NCBI GenBank assembly: GCA_963665095.1
Contig: OY762069.1
Span: 5,120,001 to 5,184,000 of the forward strand
Source: an uncultured Desulfobacter sp.
GTDB taxonomy: Bacteria; Desulfobacterota; Desulfobacteria; Desulfobacterales; Desulfobacteraceae
Length of the DNA stretch: 64,000 nt
Direction of reading: 5' to 3'
Shown: positions 47,622-57,226 of the stretch, piece after piece
How the letters are laid out: each line of letters opens with the position of its first letter
How positions within the stretch are numbered: the stretch's first letter is position 1
Translations under genes and position numbers: made by a program
The notes under the pieces: generated by a model
The model's database searches: none
The model's input: only the letters and a program-made list of their open reading frames with translations
What the model was told of the DNA's origin: nothing

Positions 47622-48080
47622 ATGAAAAAATTTCAGTTCAGACTGCAGCCCCTGCTCAACTACAGACGCCACCTTGAGCAGCTTGCCAAACAGGAGATGG
47701 CAAAGGTTGTGGCTGATATTGCTGCCTGCGAGCAGCGGATACAAGGGCTTTTGGATGACGGCCGAGAAGCTGCACAAAAGCTGGACCGCCTGGTGGAGAA
47801 AGGAATGGAGGCCGGCAGTTTCAACAGCTACCGTAATTTTATTACCTCTGTGGAGTATACAGTCTCCCAGGAAAGAGCCCTTAAGGCGGGGTTGGAAAAG
47901 ACGCTGGAAGAGAAGCGGGAGGCCCTTAAAAAAAGAACCATTGAAAAAAAAGCACTGGAGCGGTTGCGGGAAAAGCAGGCTGACGCATACACACAGGAGA
48001 TGATCCGGGAGGAACAAAAAGGCCTGGATGAGATGGCATCCGTAAGAAAGGCCAGGGAGGTGAATAATGAACATGTTTAA
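47622..48080 (+). CDS. fliJ: Flagellar export protein FliJ
   Basis: FQFRLQPLLNYR start, coiled coil, EEQKGLDE end. Confidence 0.9.
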   Translation: MKKFQFRLQPLLNYRRHLEQLAKQEMAKVVADIAACEQRIQGLLDDGREAAQKLDRLVEKGMEAGSFNSYRNFITSVEYTVSQERALKAGLEKTLEEKREALKKRTIEKKALERLREKQADAYTQEMIREEQKGLDEMASVRKAREVNNEHV

Positions 48081-48729
48081 GCGCTGGATCACGGGGCTGA
48101 CTGTGATACTGTTTTTGATAACAGGTGCCTGGGTCGTTGTGTCACATATCAGCCCGGGCCAGCCGCCTGTAACTCTGGCTGCAGATGAAAAAAAAGAAGA
48201 AAAGCCGGCAGCCCAGGAAAAAAAAGAGGCCAAAGAGGGGGAAGAGGGAGAGACGGAAGAGGGAGAAGCTCCTCCCTGTCCGGAATGCCCGGAATGCCCC
48301 GACCCTGCCAAAGTAGTCCTCCAGGGGCTTGAAGAAAAGAAAAAGGCAGTGGCTGACGCCAGTGAAAAACTGGCCGTGGAAAAAAAGGAACTGGAAACCT
48401 ATGAAGCGCAGATTGACGAAAAGCTGGCGTCCCTGACTGCTCTAAAAAAACAGATTGAAGTGGATATGGCCCGGCTGGAAAATAAAAAGAGCGCCAAAGA
48501 GCAGGAGGAAACTGCTGCCTTTGAAGCAAAGATGAACCGGTTGGTGAAAATGTATGCCGGCATGAAACCCAAGGCTGCTGCAGAAATCGTGAACAAGATG
48601 GAGCTTTCCGTTGCCTATGAAATATTTTTAAGAATGCGGGAGGCCTCTGCGTCCCAGATCCTGGCATTTGTGGATTCGGAAAAAGCCGCAAAGATCAGTG
48701 AACGCATGGCATTTAAACGCAAAAATTGA
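48067..48729 (+). CDS. motE: MotE/FlbB-like protein (TM, coiled coil, MgtE_N-like domain)
   Basis: LVKMYAGMKPKAAAEI...ILAFVDSEKAAKI; follows fliJ. Confidence 0.75.
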   Translation: MNMFKRWITGLTVILFLITGAWVVVSHISPGQPPVTLAADEKKEEKPAAQEKKEAKEGEEGETEEGEAPPCPECPECPDPAKVVLQGLEEKKKAVADASEKLAVEKKELETYEAQIDEKLASLTALKKQIEVDMARLENKKSAKEQEETAAFEAKMNRLVKMYAGMKPKAAAEIVNKMELSVAYEIFLRMREASASQILAFVDSEKAAKISERMAFKRKN

Positions 48730-48735
48730 TAGGGG

Positions 48736-51483
48736 TTAAATCAGTTCCAGCAGCTCTTTTTCCGAAAACGGGGCACCTGTGGATTCCGTGTGCCCCAGAA
48801 TTGTTTCCCCCATGTCCCGCTTTCTGGCCTGAAGGCGGCTGACATTTTCTTCCACGGAATTCCGGGTGATAAACCTGTAAACCGTTACAGGATTTTCCTG
48901 GCCGATCCGGTGGCTTCTGTCCACGGCCTGATTTTCCACGGCCGGGTTCCACCAGGGATCCAGCAGGAAAACATATCCCGCCTCTGTCAGGTTCAGCCCC
49001 ACACCCCCAGTCTTTAATGAGATCAGAAAAATGCAGGGGTCAGGACTTTTCTTGAACCCCAGAATCTGTTCCTGTCGCTTCTGTGTGGTGCCGTACAGGG
49101 CGTACTGCTTAATCCCGTATGCATTGAACATCTGCCCTGCCAGTTCAAGAAGGGCCACAAACTGGGAGAAGATCAGGATTTTATATCCGCTGCTCAGGAT
49201 CTCCAGGGCTGTTTCCAGAACAAGCTCAAACTTGTTGCTTGATTCCTCCGGCCGGATATTTTCCCCCGGCTCCGCGCCGGGCAACAGGGCCGGGTGGCAG
49301 GCGGCCTGCCGCAGCCTGAGAAGCAGGGTCAGGATCTGCATGGTCCTGTGTTCCCGGGGCTGGTTGTCCGCATGGGCAAAAAGCTGATGTCTCCCGGTAT
49401 TAAGCATTTCATCATAGCAGGCTTTCTGCTCTCTGCTGAAATCACATAGCAGGGTGATTTCCGTTTTTGCCGGCAGCTCCCTGCAGACCTGTTTTTTCAT
49501 CCGTCTCAGGATAAAAGGGGCGGTCAGGATGTTAAGCCGGTTCAGTGCGTCCCGGTTCTGATCGCCATAGGTATTTTGAAACGAGGTCCGGTCTCCTAAA
49601 AAACCGGGCATGAGAAAATCAAACTGGCTCCACAGGTCCAGGGGGCGGTTTTCAATGGGGGTGCCTGTCAGGCAGATCCGGCTTGCCGCCCTGAGTGTTT
49701 TTACAGACCCGGCAATCTGGGAATCCGGATTTTTAATGGCCTGGGCCTCGTCCAGGACCACGAGATCCCAGGAGACCCGGTTCAGGATCTGTGCATCCTG
49801 CCGGACCAGTCCATAGGATGTGATCATAAGATCGGTGTCCGAAAGACCGGGTAAGGATTTATCCCTGGAAGCACCTGTGTAACACTGCAGGTTCAGGTCC
49901 GGGGCAAACCGGTTCACTTCCGATTCCCAGTTCCAGATCAGGGTTGTGGGAACAATCACCAGAGTGAGGTGGGCACCTTTGGTCCTCTTTTTTAAATCAA
50001 GAAGAAACGCAAGCACCTGCAGGGTTTTCCCCAGTCCCATGTCATCGGCAAGGATGCCGCAGAATCCAAACCTGTAAAGCCCGTGGAGCCAGGAAAATCC
50101 GGTTTTCTGGTAAGGCCGCAGGGTTGCCTTCAGGGTGTCCGGTACCCTGACAGGGCTGTCCGGGGTGCATCTGTCGTTCAGAAAAGCCAGGTAACAGCTG
50201 AATGCCGGGTCATGGACAACATTTTTTTTATGGCTGAAGAACCGGGCCACAAAGGAGAGATCATGGCCTTCAAACCGGATGTCATCATCCCTGACGTCCC
50301 CGCGAAGTTCAAGATATTCAAAATCCCGTGCCAGGCGACCCGGGATAAACCCTTTAAATCCCCCCGGAAGATCAAACCAACACTGCCCGCAAAGGCAGGC
50401 ATCCAGAATATTTTCCAGGCTGGCCTGCCCTTCCTGGTACTGAACGGTTCCTCCCACAAAAATTTCCTGGTTCTCTGTTTTGATATCCCAGGAAATTTGG
50501 ATGTCCGGTATCAGGCAGTTGCCGGAAAGGGTCAGAGCAAATCCGTGTTTCCGGGCATTATTGATGATATGTTCCCTTTTCCCTTCCGGGATAAACCAGT
50601 CTCCGCGATTGGTGCCCCTGAGTTCAGCACCAAAGCTTTCAAGCTGTTTGCGGTACTTCTGCTCTTCCGTGACATTTCGGTGTACTTCAAGGTTTTTTGG
50701 GGGATCAAACAGGATCTGCCGCTGGTCTTTCATGGGCACCACGCCTATGTCTTTATATTCAAACCCCAGATCGGCAAATTTAAAGGAGGGATGAAAATCA
50801 ATTACGGGGACGACCGGTGCATGGTGTCTCTCTTTCAAAGGTTTTCCAGGGATTGACAGGGACAGTTTTCCTGCGTACTGACTCAGTTTTTCCACCATCC
50901 CTTCAACGTCATTGACAGGGAGGGTGATTCCCTGGATCAGATCCCCGACCATGGCTGCCGGCAATCCTTTGGGCAGTTCATAAACATGGGTACCGGATAT
51001 AATTCTGACCGGATCGGATGCAGTGGCATAGTCGAATGCTGCTTTTTTTTGTCCGTCCAGGGAAAGAAAGACGTTAACATCTTTCCTGACGTCTTTGAAC
51101 CTGATGTCAGGGATACTATTTTTTGTATATTGAAACCTGAGCACCCGGCCGTCTTTTCCGCACAAAATCCCCCTGGCATTGCATCGTTCCAGAAACACCT
51201 TGAGATCACATGGGGAGATCCTGAACCGAGTATACTCTTCATCCAGGGAGAAAAAGTGGGCCTCCATTTTTCTGAGATCTGTTTCAGATTTGAATGCCAG
51301 GGAAAAAATCGCTTTATCCAGGATGTTCAGCCCGGGCATTTGAAGGTCCCTGGCTGTATAGACTTGTTTCCCGCCTGCAGGTATCCAGACGCCCGCTTTT
51401 TTCCGCCGCTCTTCAATGCGAACAGTCAGCAATCTGTTCTGAATCGACGGCTTTTTTTCATATACAAATACAATTCCCTGCAT
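48736..51483 (-). CDS. SNF2-family helicase/ATPase
   Basis: LRPYQ, ILADDMGLGKT, DEAQ, TGTPIEN, LIFSQF, GGVGLNLT, QAVDRSHRIGQ. Confidence 0.93.
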   Translation of the reverse strand: MQGIVFVYEKKPSIQNRLLTVRIEERRKKAGVWIPAGGKQVYTARDLQMPGLNILDKAIFSLAFKSETDLRKMEAHFFSLDEEYTRFRISPCDLKVFLERCNARGILCGKDGRVLRFQYTKNSIPDIRFKDVRKDVNVFLSLDGQKKAAFDYATASDPVRIISGTHVYELPKGLPAAMVGDLIQGITLPVNDVEGMVEKLSQYAGKLSLSIPGKPLKERHHAPVVPVIDFHPSFKFADLGFEYKDIGVVPMKDQRQILFDPPKNLEVHRNVTEEQKYRKQLESFGAELRGTNRGDWFIPEGKREHIINNARKHGFALTLSGNCLIPDIQISWDIKTENQEIFVGGTVQYQEGQASLENILDACLCGQCWFDLPGGFKGFIPGRLARDFEYLELRGDVRDDDIRFEGHDLSFVARFFSHKKNVVHDPAFSCYLAFLNDRCTPDSPVRVPDTLKATLRPYQKTGFSWLHGLYRFGFCGILADDMGLGKTLQVLAFLLDLKKRTKGAHLTLVIVPTTLIWNWESEVNRFAPDLNLQCYTGASRDKSLPGLSDTDLMITSYGLVRQDAQILNRVSWDLVVLDEAQAIKNPDSQIAGSVKTLRAASRICLTGTPIENRPLDLWSQFDFLMPGFLGDRTSFQNTYGDQNRDALNRLNILTAPFILRRMKKQVCRELPAKTEITLLCDFSREQKACYDEMLNTGRHQLFAHADNQPREHRTMQILTLLLRLRQAACHPALLPGAEPGENIRPEESSNKFELVLETALEILSSGYKILIFSQFVALLELAGQMFNAYGIKQYALYGTTQKRQEQILGFKKSPDPCIFLISLKTGGVGLNLTEAGYVFLLDPWWNPAVENQAVDRSHRIGQENPVTVYRFITRNSVEENVSRLQARKRDMGETILGHTESTGAPFSEKELLELI

Positions 51484-51730
51484 TGGCGCGTCCTGTGGGT
51501 AATTAAAAAACGGTTTAATGGGGCTTGTTTCTTATTTCTGCGCAAGGCTGAAAAAGTACCATGGCCACATGAAAAGGGAAAGGATTTGAACGGTGACAAC
51601 ATCAGAACAAAGAATCAATAAATGGCCTTTTCCGGTTGAACCCCCGGGTAGAGTTTGATAGTAAGATGAAAATCAGGTTCAAACAGCAGTTCATTCTTTT
51701 GTCTACGGGTTTCAAAAATTGGAGGAATTG

Positions 51731-52732
51731 ATGCGGTTGAGCAGAAAAAATTCAATATCGGTCTTTATCTTTTTTATTTTATCAACATTACTGTTCTTTT
51801 CATGTGGCACTAAAGCCGTGCAAATACAAGTGCATCGTCCCGCTGAAATTAACTTAAAGAAATATGCCAAAGTGGCCATGGGAGATATCACCAATGCGAA
51901 AGGCCGCAAAGATGCACATGCCAAAGATGTCAGTGATTCTATTACATCTGCCTTTTTTGAAACAGGATATTTTGAAGTGCTGGACAGACAGCACCTGCAA
52001 AATATTATTGAGGAGCATAATCTAAAACTTTCCGGTTTGTTGGACGCAGACAGCGCCCCTGAACTTGGGCGTATCATTGGCACCTCTGCACTGGTTTACG
52101 GCAGAATTCAGACAGATAAATACGATGAGGAAAGATCTTCAAGCGATACCTGGAAAGACAGTAAGGGAAAAAGCCATAAGACGCACTACCGCAAAGGCGT
52201 GTATACGTTAGCAGTCAGCATTAAGATTCTGGATATAGAAACATCACAAATCGTTGCCTCAAAAAATCTGCAGGCCAGTTATAAAAACAAGACCCGCAAA
52301 ACAGATGGAACCGCGCCAAAAATAGATGATAATGCATTGTATACCAGCTGCTTAAACCGTATAAAAACAGATCTGGAAAAGTTGATTGCACCCTATAAAA
52401 AAATGGTGGAGGCAAATTTTCAGACAGATTCAAAACTGCCGGAAACAGAGAGTGCATTAAATCAGTTCAAAATAGATGAGTGGGATACCGGGGTAAGCCT
52501 GCTGGAAGATGCCGCTTCCAAGCCGGGACTGGAACCTAAAGTCCAGGCAAAAGCCTATTATAACCTGGGCCTGGCACAGATGTATTCCGGACAGTTTGAC
52601 GAGGCCATAGAAAATTTTAAAAAGGCCATGATCCTGAATCCAAAAGAAGACAGGTATGTTGACGCAGTCAAGACTGCTAAAAAAGAGCAGGCCATGGCAG
52701 ATAAACTGGAAATGCAGCAGCGGGATAACTGA
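51731..52732 (+). CDS. Lipoprotein with a CsgG/HfaB-like domain and C-terminal TPR
   Basis: Lipobox-like FFSC; FEVLDRQHL..IIEE, ELGRIIG; AYYNLG TPR. Confidence 0.8.
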   Translation: MRLSRKNSISVFIFFILSTLLFFSCGTKAVQIQVHRPAEINLKKYAKVAMGDITNAKGRKDAHAKDVSDSITSAFFETGYFEVLDRQHLQNIIEEHNLKLSGLLDADSAPELGRIIGTSALVYGRIQTDKYDEERSSSDTWKDSKGKSHKTHYRKGVYTLAVSIKILDIETSQIVASKNLQASYKNKTRKTDGTAPKIDDNALYTSCLNRIKTDLEKLIAPYKKMVEANFQTDSKLPETESALNQFKIDEWDTGVSLLEDAASKPGLEPKVQAKAYYNLGLAQMYSGQFDEAIENFKKAMILNPKEDRYVDAVKTAKKEQAMADKLEMQQRDN

Positions 52733-52973
52733 TGTTTGTGCGTTTCCTTGTTTATACTTTTGATATGATGTTGGGGAGGAAATTTAATATTCAAAATCAA
52801 AAAATGGAAAGTTTTCCCAGTTTTTCCATGAATAATATGATGATAGCTGGAAAATTAAGCCGTATATATGGGCTGATATCATGACAATTTTCCACTTATT
52901 ACAACTGTTGTGCTTTAAAATGAAACGAGGTCGGTTAATTCTCAATAATTTTACCGTTGCTGGTAGCATAAAA

Positions 52974-53519
52974 ATGCGAAAAACATTAATTTACATTCTG
53001 ATAGTATTCTGTGCTGGAAATGCTTTTACCAGTCTTTGTTTTTCATCGGACCTCACCAGTCTTATTATTCGTGTCAAAAAGGTTCTTCCGGAAAAATGGG
53101 AGCTTATAGAAGCGCAGGCTGGTATCGTCCCCAAATGGGCTTTATCTCAACAGACTTGCATTCGACTAACCGTAGTCGGGCCTGTGAAATCTGGGTATCG
53201 TTTTTTTGATAGAGACCACCAGTTGATTCTCTATCAGGATACCCACCAAGAAGCTGTATACTTATGGGTCGCCGAATCTGACTATAACTCGGGATGGACC
53301 CTTTTAAAAAAAATTAAAAATCAATTCAGTATTTGTCCGTCCTGGCGACCGAAAGAACTGGCCGACAAATATTTCAAAGTCTTCGGGCGTAATGGTTGGT
53401 ATACATTTGACCACAATTATACCAAAGAATCTCCCAAAGGAACCCTTGAGGCTCGATTCAAGAAGGCAGAAACTAGTTGGCCCACTTGGGAAAATGACGT
53501 GACGACGGCGTTCCAATAA
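52974..53519 (+). CDS. Hypothetical exported protein
   Basis: Signal-like MRKTLIYILIVF; AT-rich; no recognised family. Confidence 0.55.
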   Translation: MRKTLIYILIVFCAGNAFTSLCFSSDLTSLIIRVKKVLPEKWELIEAQAGIVPKWALSQQTCIRLTVVGPVKSGYRFFDRDHQLILYQDTHQEAVYLWVAESDYNSGWTLLKKIKNQFSICPSWRPKELADKYFKVFGRNGWYTFDHNYTKESPKGTLEARFKKAETSWPTWENDVTTAFQ

Positions 53520-53625
53520 AGGGATTCAACAAAGCAACAATACACGTGTTTTTTTATAGCGCAATCAATAAATTTTTAACTTTGAGAGATAGCTTGCTTG
53601 AAAAATATTGCACAACAAAACGCTG

Positions 53626-53875
53626 GTCGTTCCCAGATAAATCCGAATCGTTGGGACTCCACGGAATAGGAGGATGAAACTCGATATTGTTACCCAGTGG
53701 GTGAAAGTCCCACATGAACAAAGCGTAGCCGGTAGTTCATTAGTGAAATCCACAGGCAACACCGTCAGACGGCGGTCTGAAGCTGGATGGAACAAGATTG
53801 CAGGCTCCTGCATTCGGCAAATTAAGTTGTGCCTGCCAGGCAGGGCTTTCGCCAGACTACGGCCTCCTATCCACG
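53626..53875 (+). ncRNA. Highly structured non-coding element resembling group II intron domain I or a mobile-element leader (orphan)
   Basis: Long-range ATAGGAGG(53666)/CCTCCTAT(53863) helix enclosing GTGGG-TGAAAGT-CCCAC, ATGAAC/GTTCAT, CAGAC/GTCTG, TGCAG/CTGCA and CCTGC/GCAGG stems. Confidence 0.55.
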
Positions 53876-53900
53876 AAATTCCTGTTAAAAATGGAAAACT

Positions 53901-54488
53901 ATGAAACAGATTCATGAGATTGCGGAATCAATGCAAAAGAGTGCCTGGGAGATCATTAAAGATACAAACATTATTGAAATATGGTCTTCAATGGGGGCAA
54001 CGATTAATTTAGTTGGGTCGCTGAAAATGGGGTTGTTGATAAATAATCGGGATATTGATTTTCATATCTATACTACACCATTCAAGCTTGCAGACAGCTT
54101 TTCCGCTATATCTACACTTGCGGAGAACAACCATATTAAAACAATAAGTTACGGCAATTTACTTGAAGCAGAAGATAGATGCATTGAGTGGCATGCTTTC
54201 TACGAGGGCAGAGATGGTTATTCCTGGCAAATTGATATGATTCACATCTTGACTGACTCTCCTTATGCCGGCCATTTTGAAAAGGTTGCCGAACGTATTT
54301 CTGCTGTTCTGACACCTGAGATCCGGGCCAATATTCTCAGGATCAAACATAGTATTCCCATTGAAAAAAAGGTAATGGGAATTCAAGTATATAGAGCCGT
54401 TATTGAGGGTGGCGTTCAGGATACTGATTCGTTCTGGCAATGGAAAGAGGCGCATCCGGATGAAGGGATCATCACATGGATGCCTTAA
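53901..54488 (+). CDS. Pol-beta-superfamily nucleotidyltransferase-fold protein
   Basis: LVGSLKMGLLINNRDIDFHIY (hGS...DxD) plus a third acidic residue in WQIDM. Confidence 0.7.
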   Translation: MKQIHEIAESMQKSAWEIIKDTNIIEIWSSMGATINLVGSLKMGLLINNRDIDFHIYTTPFKLADSFSAISTLAENNHIKTISYGNLLEAEDRCIEWHAFYEGRDGYSWQIDMIHILTDSPYAGHFEKVAERISAVLTPEIRANILRIKHSIPIEKKVMGIQVYRAVIEGGVQDTDSFWQWKEAHPDEGIITWMP

Positions 54489-54672
54489 ATATATAACTGT
54501 ATAATACGCTGGGCCGGACTTACTGTGCGGTGTAACGATTTTCTGAGCGTTTGGGTTAAAAGCCTGCCCCAGAGCTCCCGGTTCTTTTTCAAGTTGATGG
54601 AACTTGCGGGATGATAGTTTATACAGTCAGAAATGCAGCCTGTCTGCGGGTTGATTTTAATTGATTGAGAGG

Positions 54673-54950
54673 CCTGAAAGTCATAAATATTTTCTTCACA
54701 GTCAGTGTCAGACACTGAAGTTAAAAATTTTGAAAAAACGTATGACATTTTGCTTCCCGAGGATTATAAGAATTTTATAATTCGTATTGGAGACGACGGA
54801 ATTTCTTAATGAAAATTCTGGAAAGGGACCTTACCACTGAATTTGCCGGTTTGGTGAGTCGCTTGAAACAGCATTGTACAATAGGTCAGCATATTCTATC
54901 AAAACGACTCCCACCTATCCGGGAATGTCTGACGAATATTAGGAAGGACA
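54673..54950 (+). pseudogene. SMI1/KNR4 (SUKH) immunity-protein pseudogene
   Basis: ESHKYFLH / VSDTEVKNFEKTYDILLPEDYKNFIIRIGDDGIS / ENSGKGPYH*I...YPGMSDEY*, with two frameshifts and in-frame stops. Confidence 0.7.
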
Positions 54951-55121
54951 GTAAATAGATCAAGGGGGGATAAACTAAAACATTAATCGACGATTACCGC
55001 ACCAGGTTCCATCTGAGGCTCATAGTTCTTTCCGCTGATCTAAATGTTCGGTTATCCATTCGATTTAACAGGCTACAATGATGTAGTATTCATAAATTTT
55101 CAAAGGAAAAGGAGTTCTTTT

Positions 55122-55478
55122 ATGTTGCGATTCGCTATGTTTCTGAAGGTTGCGGTTGTTTTGGCAGCCCTGTTGCTGATAACAGGCTGTGCTTCCAAAT
55201 TTGAACTTGTCGCCCCGGAGCCACCGGAAAAATACGAAAAGTTAGGCAAAGTTTCAGGTTCTGCAACAGGGTCGCTCGGTCTTGCCGGCACTGCGTACTA
55301 TGTTGTGCCAATGGCGCTCAATTCCCGTGTTAAACGGGCCTATGATAATGCATTATCCAAAGCGCCCGGTGCCACTGGACTCATTGATGTGACTTACAAA
55401 GAGTCGTGGTTCTGGTGGGTCCTGGGAACTGCAAGAGTGGTTACTATTTCAGGTGAAGCCATCAAGGAGGTAGAGTAA
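55122..55478 (+). CDS. Small lipoprotein (TRL/YbjQ-like fold suspected)
   Basis: AGGAG RBS; lipobox ITGC; RAYDNAL...GATGLIDV. Confidence 0.75.
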   Translation: MLRFAMFLKVAVVLAALLLITGCASKFELVAPEPPEKYEKLGKVSGSATGSLGLAGTAYYVVPMALNSRVKRAYDNALSKAPGATGLIDVTYKESWFWWVLGTARVVTISGEAIKEVE

Positions 55479-55849
55479 TGAAAATTAAACTCAATGCGCT
55501 TTTAATTGTTTTTGTCTGCTTTATCCTTTTTTCTGGTTGTGCAGGACGGCCCGTAAAATTAAGTTCCACCAACGCTCAGGCCGACAGTTCAACTGTTGAT
55601 TTCAGCAAAGGAAGAGAGATTACAGGAACGGCAAGCGGGTTTCAGCTGTTACTTTTAATACCCATTCAGATTCATAACCGGCATGCAAGAGCCTATAACC
55701 AGTTGATTGCCCAGGCAAAGGGTGACTATATAACCGACATTAAGGTTCAGGAGTCATGGGCCTATGGCTTTGTGGGGACGGCATACATCACCACGCTGAA
55801 AGCCACAGCCTACCCATACAAAGAGTGTTCAACTGCCAATAGTCAATAG
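55478..55849 (+). CDS. Small lipoprotein, paralog of the upstream gene
   Basis: Lipobox FSGC; G.A.G...RAY..L...D...ESW pattern shared with 55122-55478; TAATG coupling. Confidence 0.75.
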   Translation: MKIKLNALLIVFVCFILFSGCAGRPVKLSSTNAQADSSTVDFSKGREITGTASGFQLLLLIPIQIHNRHARAYNQLIAQAKGDYITDIKVQESWAYGFVGTAYITTLKATAYPYKECSTANSQ

Positions 55850-55925
55850 GCTTGTCGGCAGTTTTGGCCCTTCCGGTGACGCGGACTGTCATAGAATTAA
55901 TTTAAATCTATTAAGGAAAAGAAAA

Positions 55926-56459
55926 ATGAGAATGAGAGGGACCTATGCTCCAGTTATTTTAGTTTTATTTATATTCCTGAGTGGTTGCGCAATAAAGCAT
56001 AATTATGCATGGACCGAGTATCCAATTGCATCAAAACGAATAACGCAAAATAGTTATGTCAAAGGGCAGAAAATAAAAATTATTAAGGGAGACGCGGACG
56101 ATGCAAAGCGATTTCTTGGCAACGTTGGCGCACATCAATATTACGGCAGTGAAAAATCACTTACGGACGGCATAGCAGATCAACTTGCCAAGGAGCTGAA
56201 GAAAAAAGGAATCGAAATCATCAATGATGCTGAAAAGTCACTTGAAATTAAGGTGGACAATTATAATTTTGAACAAGGTATGTGGAAAATTGCTGCAACA
56301 ATAAACTTTTCAGTGGCATTTGGAAATGAAAAGACCAAATCATATACCGTAAGAAACAGCAGCCCGGGTACTGTTGACATGACATACAACGGCGCGGTTG
56401 CCCTGGCAGTTCTTGAGATCATGAATGATCCAGAGGTGCTGTCGTATATCAACAAATAA
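55926..56459 (+). CDS. Lipoprotein of unknown function
   Basis: Lipobox LSGC; AAGGA RBS. Confidence 0.75.
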   Translation: MRMRGTYAPVILVLFIFLSGCAIKHNYAWTEYPIASKRITQNSYVKGQKIKIIKGDADDAKRFLGNVGAHQYYGSEKSLTDGIADQLAKELKKKGIEIINDAEKSLEIKVDNYNFEQGMWKIAATINFSVAFGNEKTKSYTVRNSSPGTVDMTYNGAVALAVLEIMNDPEVLSYINK

Positions 56460-56510
56460 TAAAAGAAAGCCGGCCCCGGTCTTTTTTTAAATTTTATATG
56501 AAACGGGCAT

Positions 56511-57224
56511 TCAGGCCATGAACTGCCTGACCCATTCATTGGCCGGACGGCTGACAAGGTCGTCCGGACTGCCCTGCTGGACAATATGGCCTTTATCCAT
56601 CAGTATGATGCGTGAACCGGCAGCAAAGGCCTCTTCGTGGTCATGGGTGACAAAGATAGTGGTGATGTGAAGCCGGGAAAAGATCTGTGTCAGCTGGGCC
56701 AGCAGACTTTTCCTTAACACCCGGTCCAGTGCGCTTAAGGGTTCGTCAAGCATGAGCAGTTCCGGGCCGGGGGCAAGCGTCCGTGCCAGCGCTACCCGCT
56801 GGCGTTCGCCGCCGGACAGTTCATCCATCTTCCTTTTTTCAAACCCCTCAAGATTGGTCAACGCCAGCATCCGGGCCACAATTTCTGCCAGTTTCTTTTT
56901 CGGCGTTTTTTTCATTTTCAGGCCAAATGCGATGTTGTGAAATACATCCAGGTGGGGGAACAGGGCATAGTCCTGAAACATCATGCCGAAGCGCCGTTTA
57001 TGCGGCGGCAGATCAAGTATGGAGGTTTCGTTAAATCGGATATCCCCGCTGTCCGGTGTATCCAGTCCTGCAATTATTCGCAGAAGCGTGGTTTTCCCGC
57101 TGCCGGAAGGCCCAAGCACTGACAGGCGGCTCCCCCTGGGAAGGGCCAGATTAATATTGGCAAGGAAGCAGATGCCTGTCTCTCCGGTTTTGCTTAAATT
57201 GTCTATAACAAGTTCATTTTCCAT
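56511..57224 (-). CDS. thiQ: ABC transporter ATP-binding subunit (ThiQ-like)
   Basis: GPSGSGKT, LSGGERQR, LDEP; operonic with thiB/thiP. Confidence 0.8.
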   Translation of the reverse strand: MENELVIDNLSKTGETGICFLANINLALPRGSRLSVLGPSGSGKTTLLRIIAGLDTPDSGDIRFNETSILDLPPHKRRFGMMFQDYALFPHLDVFHNIAFGLKMKKTPKKKLAEIVARMLALTNLEGFEKRKMDELSGGERQRVALARTLAPGPELLMLDEPLSALDRVLRKSLLAQLTQIFSRLHITTIFVTHDHEEAFAAGSRIILMDKGHIVQQGSPDDLVSRPANEWVRQFMA

Positions 57225-57226
57225 TT

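Noticed and set aside
48736..51483. SNF2 ATPase as part of an anti-phage system
   Set aside because: No adjacent nuclease, methylase or other defence partner; it looks like a stand-alone bacterial SNF2.
53565..53915. 116-aa (-) and 76-aa (+) ORFs over the structured element
   Set aside because: They have no protein features, and the region is better explained as a structured non-coding or mobile-element sequence.
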